NCBI GenBank assembly: GCA_038128265.1
Contig: JAYPJE010000039.1
Span: 1-40,284 of the forward strand
Source of the DNA: Gemmatimonadota bacterium
GTDB taxonomy: Bacteria > Latescibacterota > UBA2968 > UBA8231
DNA length: 40,284 nt
Direction of reading: 5' to 3'
Shown: piece after piece, positions 8,777-22,497 of the stretch
Layout: every line of letters starts with the position of its first letter
How positions within the stretch are numbered: position 1 is the stretch's first letter
Made by a program: the position numbers and the translations under genes
The notes under the pieces: generated by a model
What the model saw: the letters and a program-made list of their open reading frames with translations, nothing else
What the model was told of the DNA's origin: nothing
Databases searched by the model: none

Positions 8777-10126
8777 TTATTTGCCGATGCAAAATTCCGA
8801 AAAAATCGCATCGAGCACATCTTCGTCGACGCGCTCGCCAAGGAGAGAACCCAAGCTGTTTAGAGCCTCTTGTAGCTCGACCGCAACGCATTCGTCCGGC
8901 TGGCCAGCGTCTAGTAATTGAACAGCCGACTCTGTTCTTTCGAGCATCGACAGGAGGCACTCGCGGTGTCGCTGTCGAGTAAGCACTACGCCCCCTGTTG
9001 AATGGTCGCGAGGAAGGGATGCTAACGCTACTTCTTTCAGCTGCTCTAGTCCAACGCCTGTAAGTGCTGAAATTTCAACGACTGTTCTTCCCTCAAAAAA
9101 GGAGGCATTCTCTGCTGGAGACCGCTGGTCTATTTTATTAAAAACAACAATGGGCTGTTTATGGCTCAGCTCGTGGCAGAGTTGTACTTCTCTACCGACA
9201 TCATTCTCCATTGCATCAACTACAAGCAGAACGAGATCCGCCTCGTCCGCTATCTTTTTTGCCCTGCTTATCCCTTCTGCCTCAATCGGGTCAGGGCTTG
9301 CACGCAGGCCTGCTGTATCAACCAGGCGAATGCTTCGACCCTTCCAAGTGGTGCGCCCTTCTATGAGGTCGCGCGTGGTGCCCGGAATGTCCGTTACAAT
9401 GGCTCGATCTTCGCCTAATAAAGCATTTAAAAGCGTGGACTTACCGACGTTGGGCCGACCGACAAGGGCAATGAGGTAGCCCTGCATTCTCCTGCGCCCG
9501 GCGGTAAATGAGTCAACCAGTTGCTGAGCACGACGTTGTATTTTCTCCAACTCCCCAACGATGTGATGGCGAGCAATTGGATCAATGTCTTCTTCAGAAA
9601 AGTCCAACCCCACTTCTACTTTAGCCAGGGAATCGACCAACGATTTTTTTAGCGCACGAACGTCCTCCGACAGCCGCCCTCCTGCTAAACTATAGGCATC
9701 TTCGAGACCGTTTTCACTAGAGGCCTGTATGAGGTCAACTACGGCTTCGGCTTGGAGCAGGTCGAGCTGCCCGTGCAAAAAAGCACGGCGGGTAAATTCG
9801 CCGGGAGCGGCCGTGCGAGCACCCCATTTAATGGCTTCATTTACAACCAGTTCGAGAATTAAGGTGCTCCCGTGGCAGCTGATTTCTACGGTATCTTCTC
9901 CTGTGTAGGAGCGAGGAGCTCGGAAGACCCAAGCAAGCGCTGTGTCGATTTCTTGGCCCCCTACAGAAACCTTGCCGTATTCCACGTAGCGGAGGCGCGT
10001 ACCGAGGGGTGGGGTCGACAGAAAAAGCTGTTGGGCAATGGGTATTGATTGGGGCCCGCTGAGCCGTATGACTCCTACGCCCCCTTCCCCTGGAGGGGAA
10101 GAAATCGCAACAATGGTTTCTTCCAT
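8777..10126 (-). CDS. mnmE: tRNA U34 modification GTPase MnmE (TrmE)
   Basis: APRSYTGEDTVEISCHG, GEFTRRAFL, GRPNVGKS, PGTTRD, DTAG, NKID and C-terminal FCIGK. Confidence 0.97.
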   Translation of the reverse strand: MEETIVAISSPPGEGGVGVIRLSGPQSIPIAQQLFLSTPPLGTRLRYVEYGKVSVGGQEIDTALAWVFRAPRSYTGEDTVEISCHGSTLILELVVNEAIKWGARTAAPGEFTRRAFLHGQLDLLQAEAVVDLIQASSENGLEDAYSLAGGRLSEDVRALKKSLVDSLAKVEVGLDFSEEDIDPIARHHIVGELEKIQRRAQQLVDSFTAGRRRMQGYLIALVGRPNVGKSTLLNALLGEDRAIVTDIPGTTRDLIEGRTTWKGRSIRLVDTAGLRASPDPIEAEGISRAKKIADEADLVLLVVDAMENDVGREVQLCHELSHKQPIVVFNKIDQRSPAENASFFEGRTVVEISALTGVGLEQLKEVALASLPRDHSTGGVVLTRQRHRECLLSMLERTESAVQLLDAGQPDECVAVELQEALNSLGSLLGERVDEDVLDAIFSEFCIGK

Positions 10127-10151
10127 AGCTGGCCGGGCAGCGATTGGAGGG

Positions 10152-11849
10152 TTACTTCTTAAGGTGATTTACAAGGACCTGCTGGCCAATGGTCAGAACA
10201 TTAAAAAGTGTCCAATAGAGCACTAGCCCCGATGACATGGTCCAGAAGAAAAAGATCATGAGCACCGGCATAAAATACACTAAAAAAGCCTGCTTGGGAT
10301 CTTTCATCGTCATCTTTTGCTGAATAAGCATAGAAACGGCCATCAGCAGAGGGAGTATATGGAGACCGAATCCACCAACGAGGACCTCGTCTGGCATAGA
10401 AAGGTCGTTGATCCAGAGGGCAAAGGGCGCCTGACGCAGTTCGATTGTCTTGCTAAAGACATTGTAGAGAGCGAAGAAAATGGGCATTTGGAGGAACATG
10501 GGCAAACAACCACTAATAGGATTGACGCCCTCCTCTTTGTATAGCTTCATCGTCTCCTGGCTAAGGCGCTGAGAATCATTCTTATACTTTTCTCGCAAAG
10601 CTGCTATTTTGGGCTGCAGCTCCTGCATTTTGCCAGCCGACTCGTAGGTTTTGTGGGTAAGTGGATAGACGATAATCTTGATCACCACGGCAAAGAGGAC
10701 GATAATCCAGCCGTAGTTAGGAATGTAGGTATGAGTCGCTTTAAAAGCGATGAGTAGAAACTTGCTCACGCTGCGAATAACAGGCCAGCCAAAGTCAATG
10801 GCTTGTTCCAACCCTACTTCATAGCGAATAAGGTTATCGTAGTTGAGTGGACCGAGATAAACAGTGTTTTTCCAGCTACCGGACGAAGAAAGCTGGCGGC
10901 CAATTTCGTAACTGTAGTTGGGTATGGGGCTGGATCCCGTGCGGTCTCCCCTGAGTTCGGCCCGGTAGCGAGCCTGTTCGGTCGGTATGATAGCCGAGAG
11001 AAAGTATTTGCTCCGAGCACCGATCCAGTGTAAATCGCCTTCGGCATCCCAGGAGTCACGCTCTCCATTGTCGACCTTGATTTCAATGCGTTCGTTATTG
11101 AAGGTGGCAATAGCACCCATTTCGGGCAGGTCGCTGTCGGGGGCACTCTCGGTAAAGGGGATTCCGCCCTGCCAACCGAGTAAGACATCGAACTCCTCAG
11201 AAAACCCGGCGTAGCGCAATTCAAGGTCAAAAGCATAGCGGTCTGCGTAAAAGGTAAAGACCTTTTCAATAACCCGGTTTCCGCCCAGCTGGGCCCGCAT
11301 AATAAGGGTGCCCTGTCCCTCGTTTACGACGAGTTTTTCTCGGCTGGGTTCGAATTGGATCCGCGAAAGGTCTTCAACGGCATCGATTTGCTGCAGGCGA
11401 ACCGTTAAACCAGACCGTTGAGGTGCGATGAGTTGAACGGGCCGACCGTCGTCGGGAAGGGTGTATTGCTGGAGAAAAGCAGACTGAATCGTGCCTCCTT
11501 GGGTCGAAAGGGCGAGATCTAAGAGAGGGGTTTGCACTGCAACCGTACGGGGTGTGAAGGTGGGAATGTCTTCTCGTCGGGAAGAGAGCGCGGCCCCACT
11601 TGCCTGTCCCAGCTCGTTGCCGGCGGGTTTTTCTTCCTCTGTCAGCACTTGGAGAGGCTGCTCCAAACGCTGGGGTGGGTTGGACTCCACAGGGACTTTT
11701 TCGGCGGCTTGTTGCTGAGTTTCAGCCGAGTCCTGTTCAGAAGGTCCTTCCGGTTTGGGCGATAAACCCATCCACTCGTAATAATAGGGGGAAAGGAGAA
11801 ATATGAGTCCGATCAATAAGAGACCGAGTAGTGTTCGCTTATCATCCAT
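10152..11849 (-). CDS. yidC: Membrane protein insertase YidC (long diderm type)
   Basis: N-terminal TM, large periplasmic domain, NYGWIIVL, MQELQPKI, GVNPISGCLPMFLQMPIFFALY, WINDLS, SGLVLYW. Confidence 0.97.
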   Translation of the reverse strand: MDDKRTLLGLLLIGLIFLLSPYYYEWMGLSPKPEGPSEQDSAETQQQAAEKVPVESNPPQRLEQPLQVLTEEEKPAGNELGQASGAALSSRREDIPTFTPRTVAVQTPLLDLALSTQGGTIQSAFLQQYTLPDDGRPVQLIAPQRSGLTVRLQQIDAVEDLSRIQFEPSREKLVVNEGQGTLIMRAQLGGNRVIEKVFTFYADRYAFDLELRYAGFSEEFDVLLGWQGGIPFTESAPDSDLPEMGAIATFNNERIEIKVDNGERDSWDAEGDLHWIGARSKYFLSAIIPTEQARYRAELRGDRTGSSPIPNYSYEIGRQLSSSGSWKNTVYLGPLNYDNLIRYEVGLEQAIDFGWPVIRSVSKFLLIAFKATHTYIPNYGWIIVLFAVVIKIIVYPLTHKTYESAGKMQELQPKIAALREKYKNDSQRLSQETMKLYKEEGVNPISGCLPMFLQMPIFFALYNVFSKTIELRQAPFALWINDLSMPDEVLVGGFGLHILPLLMAVSMLIQQKMTMKDPKQAFLVYFMPVLMIFFFWTMSSGLVLYWTLFNVLTIGQQVLVNHLKK

Positions 11850-11878
11850 AAGAGGTTTGCTCTAATTTCCGTTACGCG

Positions 11879-12088
11879 TTAGGGCACTGGATCATACCCG
11901 TTCCCTCCCCAGGGATGGCACCGAATAATCCTCTTTGCAGTCAGCCAACATGCCTTCACAACGCCGTATTTGTCCAAAGCATCTAGGGCGTATTGAGAAC
12001 AGGTTGGTTGAAAACGACAGGACGGGGAAAGAAAGGGAGAAACGAGGAGTCGGTAGGCTTGGACAGCCCAAACAAAGAGGTATTTCAT
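11879..12088 (-). CDS. yidD: Membrane protein insertion efficiency factor YidD
   Basis: [28 protein letters not shown]. Confidence 0.97.
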   Translation of the reverse strand: MKYLFVWAVQAYRLLVSPFLSPSCRFQPTCSQYALDALDKYGVVKACWLTAKRIIRCHPWGGNGYDPVP

Positions 12089-12345
12089 GGAGCAGATAGT
12101 TTAGACAACAGCGCCTTAAGCTCCTGCTCTAAATCGGAGAATTTCGCCAGAGTGGCAGAGGGCTGACAGAAGACGACCAAACTCACGGGTAATCCAGATC
12201 CTATTGACCGACAAATCGACCGAAGTCGTCTTTTCAGGCGATTTCGAGCTACAGCAGTGCCCAGTTTGCGTCGGACTACAAAGATCGTGCCTTGTTTTTC
12301 CCGACCGTGCCGGATCCAAAGGTGAGTTCCTCTGATCCAGCTCAT
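12085..12345 (-). CDS. rnpA: Ribonuclease P protein component (short, 86 aa)
   Basis: RNR motif [17 protein letters not shown]. Lies between rpmH and yidD, with GGAGA RBS upstream of the ATG. Confidence 0.88.
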   Translation of the reverse strand: MSWIRGTHLWIRHGREKQGTIFVVRRKLGTAVARNRLKRRLRSICRSIGSGLPVSLVVFCQPSATLAKFSDLEQELKALLSKLSAP

Positions 12346-12356
12346 ACCGCTCTCCG

Positions 12357-12491
12357 TTAAACGGCTAAGCGCTTGCGTCCCCGACGGCGGCGGCGATTGA
12401 GTATGGCGCGCCCGGAGGGAGTGCTCATGCGCTTGCGGAATCCGTGCTTGTTCCGGCGCTTTCTGTTGCTAGGCTGGAAAGTGCGTTTCAC
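12357..12491 (-). CDS. rpmH: 50S ribosomal protein bL34 (not in the ORF track)
   Basis: Manual translation from GTG gives [44 protein letters not shown] (44 aa). Confidence 0.98.
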   Translation of the reverse strand: MKRTFQPSNRKRRNKHGFRKRMSTPSGRAILNRRRRRGRKRLAV

Positions 12492-12545
12492 GTTTTCTAT
12501 CCTGTTTTACAGTTTGCAATTCAGCAGCATTTGTAGAAACCTATA

Positions 12546-12574
12546 ATAGTAAGGCCAATCGTCTGATATGTCAA
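12546..12574 (-). promoter_or_regulatory. sigma70 promoter of the rpmH operon
   Basis: Minus strand TTGACA-N17-TACTAT. Confidence 0.8.
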
Positions 12575-12602
12575 TATTGATTGAGTTTGGCCCGTTCTTG
12601 TC

Positions 12603-12631
12603 TTGACTATCCATGTCTAATTGCATAGCTT
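12603..12631 (+). promoter_or_regulatory. Putative sigma70 promoter of dnaA
   Basis: TTGACT-N17-TAGCTT. Confidence 0.6.
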
Positions 12632-12671
12632 GAATTCGTCTTCCCCACCCATTCGAAATAACAGACAATTC

Positions 12672-14138
12672 ATGGCTCCGGATTCACAGGATCCCCACGA
12701 ACTCTGGGCACAATGTCTCCTTGCTATCGAGCGCCGCGTTCGTCCCCAGAGCTTTGCCAACTGGTTTAGACCCACGCAAATAGCCCGTTTTGACGGAGAT
12801 ATGCTCGTTATTCAGGTCCCGAGCATCGTCTCTGCCGATTGGCTCGAAAAGCACTATTTAAGCCTAATTAGAGATGTCGTAGCCGAAGAAACAACCCTTA
12901 CCCCAAAAGTCTCTTTCACGATAGAGGGAACGAGCCTTAAAGTGGAAAGAGCTCCCGGCAACGGAGGGGCTGAGGGGCAAGAACAGGCCAACCAACCTGG
13001 GGTGCCCGCATCCGTTCAATTCTCTGCTCCAACCAAGCCAGAGACTGTCCCTTTACCTACCGCTTTCAATGCAGGACAAACCGAAGAACAGCCTTTTTCT
13101 GCGCTGAACGTGAGCTATACCTTTGACGGATTTATCGTTGGAGAAGGCAATCGTTTTGCCCATGCTGCAGCCATGGCCGTTGCAAAGTCACCGGGTAAAA
13201 CACAGTTCAATCCGCTGTTTATATTTGGCGGGGTCGGCTTGGGCAAAACGCACCTATTGCAAGCGATTGGAAATTATGCGTGCGCCCATAACCTGGCCCA
13301 GCGAGTGGCTTATGTGCCCTCGGAAAAGTTTATGAGCGATTTCATTGAGTCGCTTAAAAATCGGAGTTCGGCCGATTTCCAGCGGCGTTATCGCAGCGCC
13401 GACATCTTGCTGATTGACGATATTCAATTTCTGTTTCTACGCGGTGAGCACACTCAGACAGAGTTCTTTCATACATTTAATGCCCTGCACCAAAACGGCA
13501 AACAGATCGTAATGACCTGCGATAGCCCGCCGGAAAAACTCGAGGGGCTAGAGGAAAGGCTGCTGTCCCGCTTTCAATGGGGTCTCGTTACGCCAATTGA
13601 ACCGCCCGATCTGGAAACTCGCATTGCCATTTTACACCAGAAAGCCGAGATCAACGGCATTCCCCTACCAAACGACGTGGCTGCTTTTTTAGGGAGCTAT
13701 ATCAGTTCAAACGTCCGCGAATTAGAGGGGGCCCTTATTCATCTGATGGCCTACTGCTCCGTTCACAACACCGAGTTAACGGTCGAAGCCGCCAAGCACA
13801 TTGCCCGAGAACGCGGTCCCGATCCCACGACGGAGCTAAGCATCGAGTCCATACAGCGCTATGTTGCAAACCACTTCGATCTAACGCTGGACACACTAAT
13901 CAGCAAAACTCGTAAGCAGGATGTGGCCACCGCTCGGCACATTGCCATGTTTTTGGCTAAGCGCCTGACCCCACATCCTTTGAAGATGATTGGTCTACAC
14001 TTTGGCAACCGCGATCATAGCACGGTGGTGCATGCCGTGCAAACCATAGAGAAGAAGTGTAAGAAAGATCCCACTTTTGCGCGCATGATCGAAGATTTTA
14101 CATCTGCAATCAAGCAAAAATACGCTCCTTCTTTCTAA
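12672..14138 (+). CDS. dnaA: Chromosomal replication initiator DnaA
   Basis: FNPLFIFGGVGLGKTHLL (Walker A), LLIDDIQF, RLLSRFQWGL, NVRELEGAL, FGNRDHSTVVHA. ATG 12672 preferred over TTG 12621, which overlaps the predicted -10 box. Confidence 0.98.
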   Translation: MAPDSQDPHELWAQCLLAIERRVRPQSFANWFRPTQIARFDGDMLVIQVPSIVSADWLEKHYLSLIRDVVAEETTLTPKVSFTIEGTSLKVERAPGNGGAEGQEQANQPGVPASVQFSAPTKPETVPLPTAFNAGQTEEQPFSALNVSYTFDGFIVGEGNRFAHAAAMAVAKSPGKTQFNPLFIFGGVGLGKTHLLQAIGNYACAHNLAQRVAYVPSEKFMSDFIESLKNRSSADFQRRYRSADILLIDDIQFLFLRGEHTQTEFFHTFNALHQNGKQIVMTCDSPPEKLEGLEERLLSRFQWGLVTPIEPPDLETRIAILHQKAEINGIPLPNDVAAFLGSYISSNVRELEGALIHLMAYCSVHNTELTVEAAKHIARERGPDPTTELSIESIQRYVANHFDLTLDTLISKTRKQDVATARHIAMFLAKRLTPHPLKMIGLHFGNRDHSTVVHAVQTIEKKCKKDPTFARMIEDFTSAIKQKYAPSF

Positions 14139-14440
14139 AGAAGTCCCCCTTTTTACTTTACTCCAACACCATGTGCCGTTTGCAGGACCCTGTCATTGTG
14201 TCAGTGGAAAACTATCCACACCGCCCTGTAGAGGAGATGTGGATAAGTTGTCCACACGGCACATTCGTGACATCCTTTAGATCTACCGGTGGATAGTTGG
14301 CCCCTTTTACAGCCTTTATTAACACCTATCACCAGGCCATTTTTCTCACAGGTCGTCGTAAATAAAGGCAATTAAAAACAACGGTGTATAGGGCCCGTTG
14401 CGTTGGACTATAAACCGACTTACCAACATATCAACAATCC

Positions 14441-14464
14441 AACTAGAACAAGAACTAGAACAAG
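14441..14464 (+). repeat. Tandem 12-bp direct repeat (AACTAGAACAAG)x2, DnaA-trio-like unwinding element
   Basis: Exact duplication at 14441-14452 and 14453-14464, reading AAC TAG AAC AAG with NAN periodicity, immediately after the tandem DnaA boxes. Confidence 0.7.
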
Positions 14465-14685
14465 AACACAAATATGTGTATAGTATCTATACTAGTTTGT
14501 GTGGAATTCTGTTTTGGATGGCACACACCATAAGGCACACACTATACACACCTATACAAAAAAGCACTCTTTTCGGAGCCGTTTTGCCACATAAATTGAA
14601 AATACCATAAAAATAATAAAAACAAATACTTAAAAACGCGAATATATTATTACGGTATTTCATCGGTGTACTATATAATATAGTC

Positions 14686-14714
14686 TTGACATACCCGCAT
14701 GCGTTTGTTAGTTT
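14686..14714 (+). promoter_or_regulatory. sigma70 promoter of dnaN-recF-dciA-gyrB-gyrA
   Basis: TTGACA-N17-TAGTTT with an extended -10 TG. Confidence 0.7.
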
Positions 14715-14748
14715 AGCTCAGACAACCCCTATCTGAGCAATAGCCCCT

Positions 14749-15909
14749 ATGAAACTGACTGTAAATCGCAACGAACTCTGGCAAGGCATCGACACCGTCC
14801 TAGACGCTGTCCCCTCAAAGCCCGCCTTGCCAGTGCTATCCAATATTCTGCTGGTGGCCGAGGGCACGACGCTCTCTCTTTCGGCTACTGACCTAGATTT
14901 GTCTATACGCACTCAGGTGCCTGCTTCCATTGAAAAGGGAGGACAGATCACTGTCCCAGCGCGGACATTCGCAGAAATTGCCAGAGAGTGGCCTGAGGCC
15001 GAACTGAGTATTGTCGTTGAGAACGACCGCCTGCGCCTATCGGGTAATCTAGGCGACGCCGAAAGCGGCGAAGGTGCTTATAGTCTGTCTGGAATGGCCG
15101 CAGATGAGTTTCCTAATATGCCGTCCTCTCTTGACGGCGTTAGCATTTCCTTTGGCGAATCAGACGCGCTAGACGCCAACGTCCTGCTTGAGATGATCAA
15201 CAAAACGTCTTTCGCCGTCTCCAAGGACGATACTCGGCCCGTCCTTAACGGCGTGCTGTGGCGCATTGACGCCGAAGGCATGGAAATGGTCGCCACAGAC
15301 GGCTCGCGTTTGGCGTGCTGCCGTCGCGCTCTGCCGCTGCAGGTCGGTGCCGACGAAGAAGCGGGTGTAATTGTCCCTCCGCAGGCACTGCAGCAAATAG
15401 GCAAGCTCCTTTCGGGCTATCAGGGCGCTGTGCAGGTCACGCTGGGAGAGACGCAGCTGTTTCTCAGCACGGATAGCACCCATTTACTGTCTCGCCTGAT
15501 CGAGGGGCCCTACGTTGACTATGCCCAAGTAATACCCAAAGACAACGACAAAAACCTGCGCGTGGTGAGCGATCGCCTGCTCCCTGCCGTGCGGCGGGTT
15601 TCCATACTGTCCAGTTCGTATACCCGTCAGGTCCGGATCGCGTTAAAGAGCGATTCTATTGAGCTTTCGGCAGCTAGTCCGGAAATCGGTGGCGAGGCGC
15701 GCGAAGTTATACCCGCATCGTACGACGGCGACGATATGGAGATCGGATACAATGCGCAGTTCTTGATGGAAATACTGCGAAAAATGGATGCGGAGTCGGT
15801 GCGCTTCGAGCTGAACAATAACGTCACGGCGGCTCTACTGAAGCCCAACGAAGTGCGCGAGGGAGAGGAGTACTTCTATCTGCTGATGCCCCTGCGTCCC
15901 ACGGGATGA
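14749..15909 (+). CDS. dnaN: DNA polymerase III beta sliding clamp
   Basis: PVLSNILL, LSATDLD, TRPVLNGV, VATDGSRL, RLIEGPYVDY, GYNAQFL and LLMPLR at the C-terminus. Confidence 0.98.
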   Translation: MKLTVNRNELWQGIDTVLDAVPSKPALPVLSNILLVAEGTTLSLSATDLDLSIRTQVPASIEKGGQITVPARTFAEIAREWPEAELSIVVENDRLRLSGNLGDAESGEGAYSLSGMAADEFPNMPSSLDGVSISFGESDALDANVLLEMINKTSFAVSKDDTRPVLNGVLWRIDAEGMEMVATDGSRLACCRRALPLQVGADEEAGVIVPPQALQQIGKLLSGYQGAVQVTLGETQLFLSTDSTHLLSRLIEGPYVDYAQVIPKDNDKNLRVVSDRLLPAVRRVSILSSSYTRQVRIALKSDSIELSAASPEIGGEAREVIPASYDGDDMEIGYNAQFLMEILRKMDAESVRFELNNNVTAALLKPNEVREGEEYFYLLMPLRPTG

Positions 15910-15922
15910 GGCTAATAGCCCA

Positions 15923-16988
15923 GTGCGCCTCCTCGAGCTGTGGCTCAGACCGTACCGCAATTTCGCTTCCATACACCTGTGCTTTGAGGCATCGCACACG
16001 CTTCTATTCGGCCCAAACGGCCGCGGTAAAAGCAATATTCTCGAGGCGATATCATATCTCTCGATTGGAAAATCGGTACGCGGCGCCAAAGATGCCCAGT
16101 CCGTGCCCCACAGCGGCGAGTACTTTGATATTCGAGGTCGGTTTACTAGCGGTGGCCAAGCACAGAAGATGCGCGTTTTCTTTGGAAAGAAAGAAGGCAA
16201 AAAGGCATTTTTAAACGAAAACCCCCTGCCGCGCGTCGCCGATATTTTGGGGCATTTTCGCACCGTCCACTTCTCCCCTGAAGACGTGTCGCTCGTTCTG
16301 CGTTTTCCCGCGCAGCGCCGGCGCATGCTGGATATACTGCTTTCTCAGTCCAGTTCGGCCTATTTGCGCGATCTGCAAATCTACCAGCGGGTGCTGCAGC
16401 AGAGAAATCATCTTCTGCGTTCGGCGAAAAAAGATCCGCGTTCGGTGCCAGATGCAGAAGTGTTGGAATCTTGGGACGAGCAAATCGTCGAACACGGGTC
16501 TCGAATTCGCCGCGCTCGGCTCGACGCGTTGGCAGTTTTGCAAGGCCCATTTACAAATTACTACGGTCGCTTTTCGCCTGGAGGAGAAGAGGCGGAAATA
16601 AATTACAAAGGGCAGCGCCGAGAGGACGCGGGAGACAGCTTGGAGCAAACCTTGCGCGACGAGTTGCAGCGCAAACGCGCACAGGAGCTTCAGATGGGCC
16701 ACACGCTCTGCGGTCCGCACCGCGATGATTTGTCATTTGACTTAAACGGCCAGCCGGCAGAGCTCTACGCGTCGGAAGGACAGTTAAAGACGATACTGAT
16801 CTCCTGGAAGTTAGCGGAGTGTCAGTTTATAGCGCAGCGCTGCGACCAGCAACCGGTCGTTTTGCTCGACGATGTGTTCTCTGAGTTAGACCAGGCGCGC
16901 ATAGGAGTTTTACTGGAAGTGGTGGGTGAGTTTGGTCAAGTGGTCATCACCGCACCGCGGGAGTTCGACACTACACCGGCAGCTACTT

Positions 16989-17014
<26 letters not shown>
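15923..17014 (+). CDS. recF: DNA replication/repair protein RecF
   Basis: YRNF, GPNGRGKSNILEAI, FSPED, GPHRDDL, ASEGQ, LLDDVFSELD. Confidence 0.97.
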
Positions 17015-19321
<2,307 letters not shown>

Positions 19322-19357
19322 AAACGCCCGCTACTTCACGGAGAAAAGAATCGGCTT

Positions 19358-21957
<2,600 letters not shown>

Positions 21958-21961
<4 letters not shown>

Positions 21962-21986
21962 CCTTAAAAAGTGGCGCTTTTATATT
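21958..21986 (+). promoter_or_regulatory. sigma70 promoter of the tRNA operon
   Basis: TTGACC-N17-TATATT followed by a GC-rich discriminator. The -35 overlaps the gyrA stop. Confidence 0.7.
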
Positions 21987-22001
21987 TATGCGCTGCAAAA
22001 T

Positions 22002-22084
22002 GGAGGGTACGCGAATGGTTAGCAACCGGTCTTGAAAACCGGGGTCCGAAAGGATTGGGGGTTCGAATCCCCTGCCCTCCGCCA
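22002..22084 (+). tRNA. tRNA-Ser(TGA), atypical D-arm and acceptor junction
   Basis: GGAGGGT/GCCCTCC acceptor with GCCA end, CCGGT-CTTGAAA-ACCGG anticodon arm, variable arm with GAAA loop and TTCGAAT T-loop. Confidence 0.9.
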
Positions 22085-22109
22085 GAAAAAGAAGAAAACA
22101 AAAGGCCAT

Positions 22110-22202
<93 letters not shown>

Positions 22203-22212
22203 GTTGTCATGT

Positions 22213-22288
22213 TGCCCCCTAGCACAATTGGAAGTGCGCCTGACTCTGGATCAGGAGGTTCTAGGTTCGAGCCCTAGGGGGGCAGCCA
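22213..22288 (+). tRNA. tRNA-Gln(CTG)
   Basis: TGCCCCC/GGGGGCA acceptor (U1-A72), CCTGA-CTCTGGA-TCAGG, encoded CCA. Confidence 0.97.
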
Positions 22289-22290
22289 CT

Positions 22291-22331
22291 AATGCCTCCA
22301 GAACGCGACTGCGTTTTGGGGGCATTTTTTT
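22291..22331 (+). terminator. Intrinsic terminator of the tRNA operon
   Basis: AATGCCTCCAGAACGC-GACT-GCGTTTTGGGGGCATT stem followed by a T-run. Confidence 0.9.
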
Positions 22332-22404
22332 ACAGCATTCGGTGCTGCTCGTCGCCTCAGATAGTCGGCCCGTACCGGCCCCGTTTTGCGGAAAGCTCGA
22401 TGTG

Positions 22405-22433
22405 TTGACAATTAAAACCCGAGATCCTATCGT
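22405..22433 (+). promoter_or_regulatory. sigma70 promoter of the ABC transporter operon
   Basis: TTGACA-N17-TATCGT. Confidence 0.7.
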
Positions 22434-22497
22434 TGGGCACGAGCACCTATGTAGCCCACACCCGCTTCCTCACCGATGTAATTAGGCACCCGGGTCA

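Larger units (their letters stand above)
14139..14748. other. Replication origin oriC (dnaA-dnaN intergenic)
   Basis: DnaA boxes AGTGGAAAA 14203, CTATCCACA 14212, TGTGGATAA 14238, TTGTCCACA 14248, GGTGGATAG 14288, TTATTAACA 14316, tandem TTACCAACA/TATCAACA 14420-14436 and CTATACACA 14542. Trinucleotide-periodic tract at 14441-14467 and AT-rich 14590-14690. Gene orientation switches from minus to plus just left of here. Confidence 0.9.

Noticed and set aside
14441..14467. Possible CRISPR repeat
   Set aside because: Two adjacent 12-bp units with no spacers, and no cas genes in the window.
14398..14610. 70-aa ORF with an ELEQELEQE repeat
   Set aside because: It is the translation of the oriC 12-bp repeat and DnaA boxes, with no coding signal.
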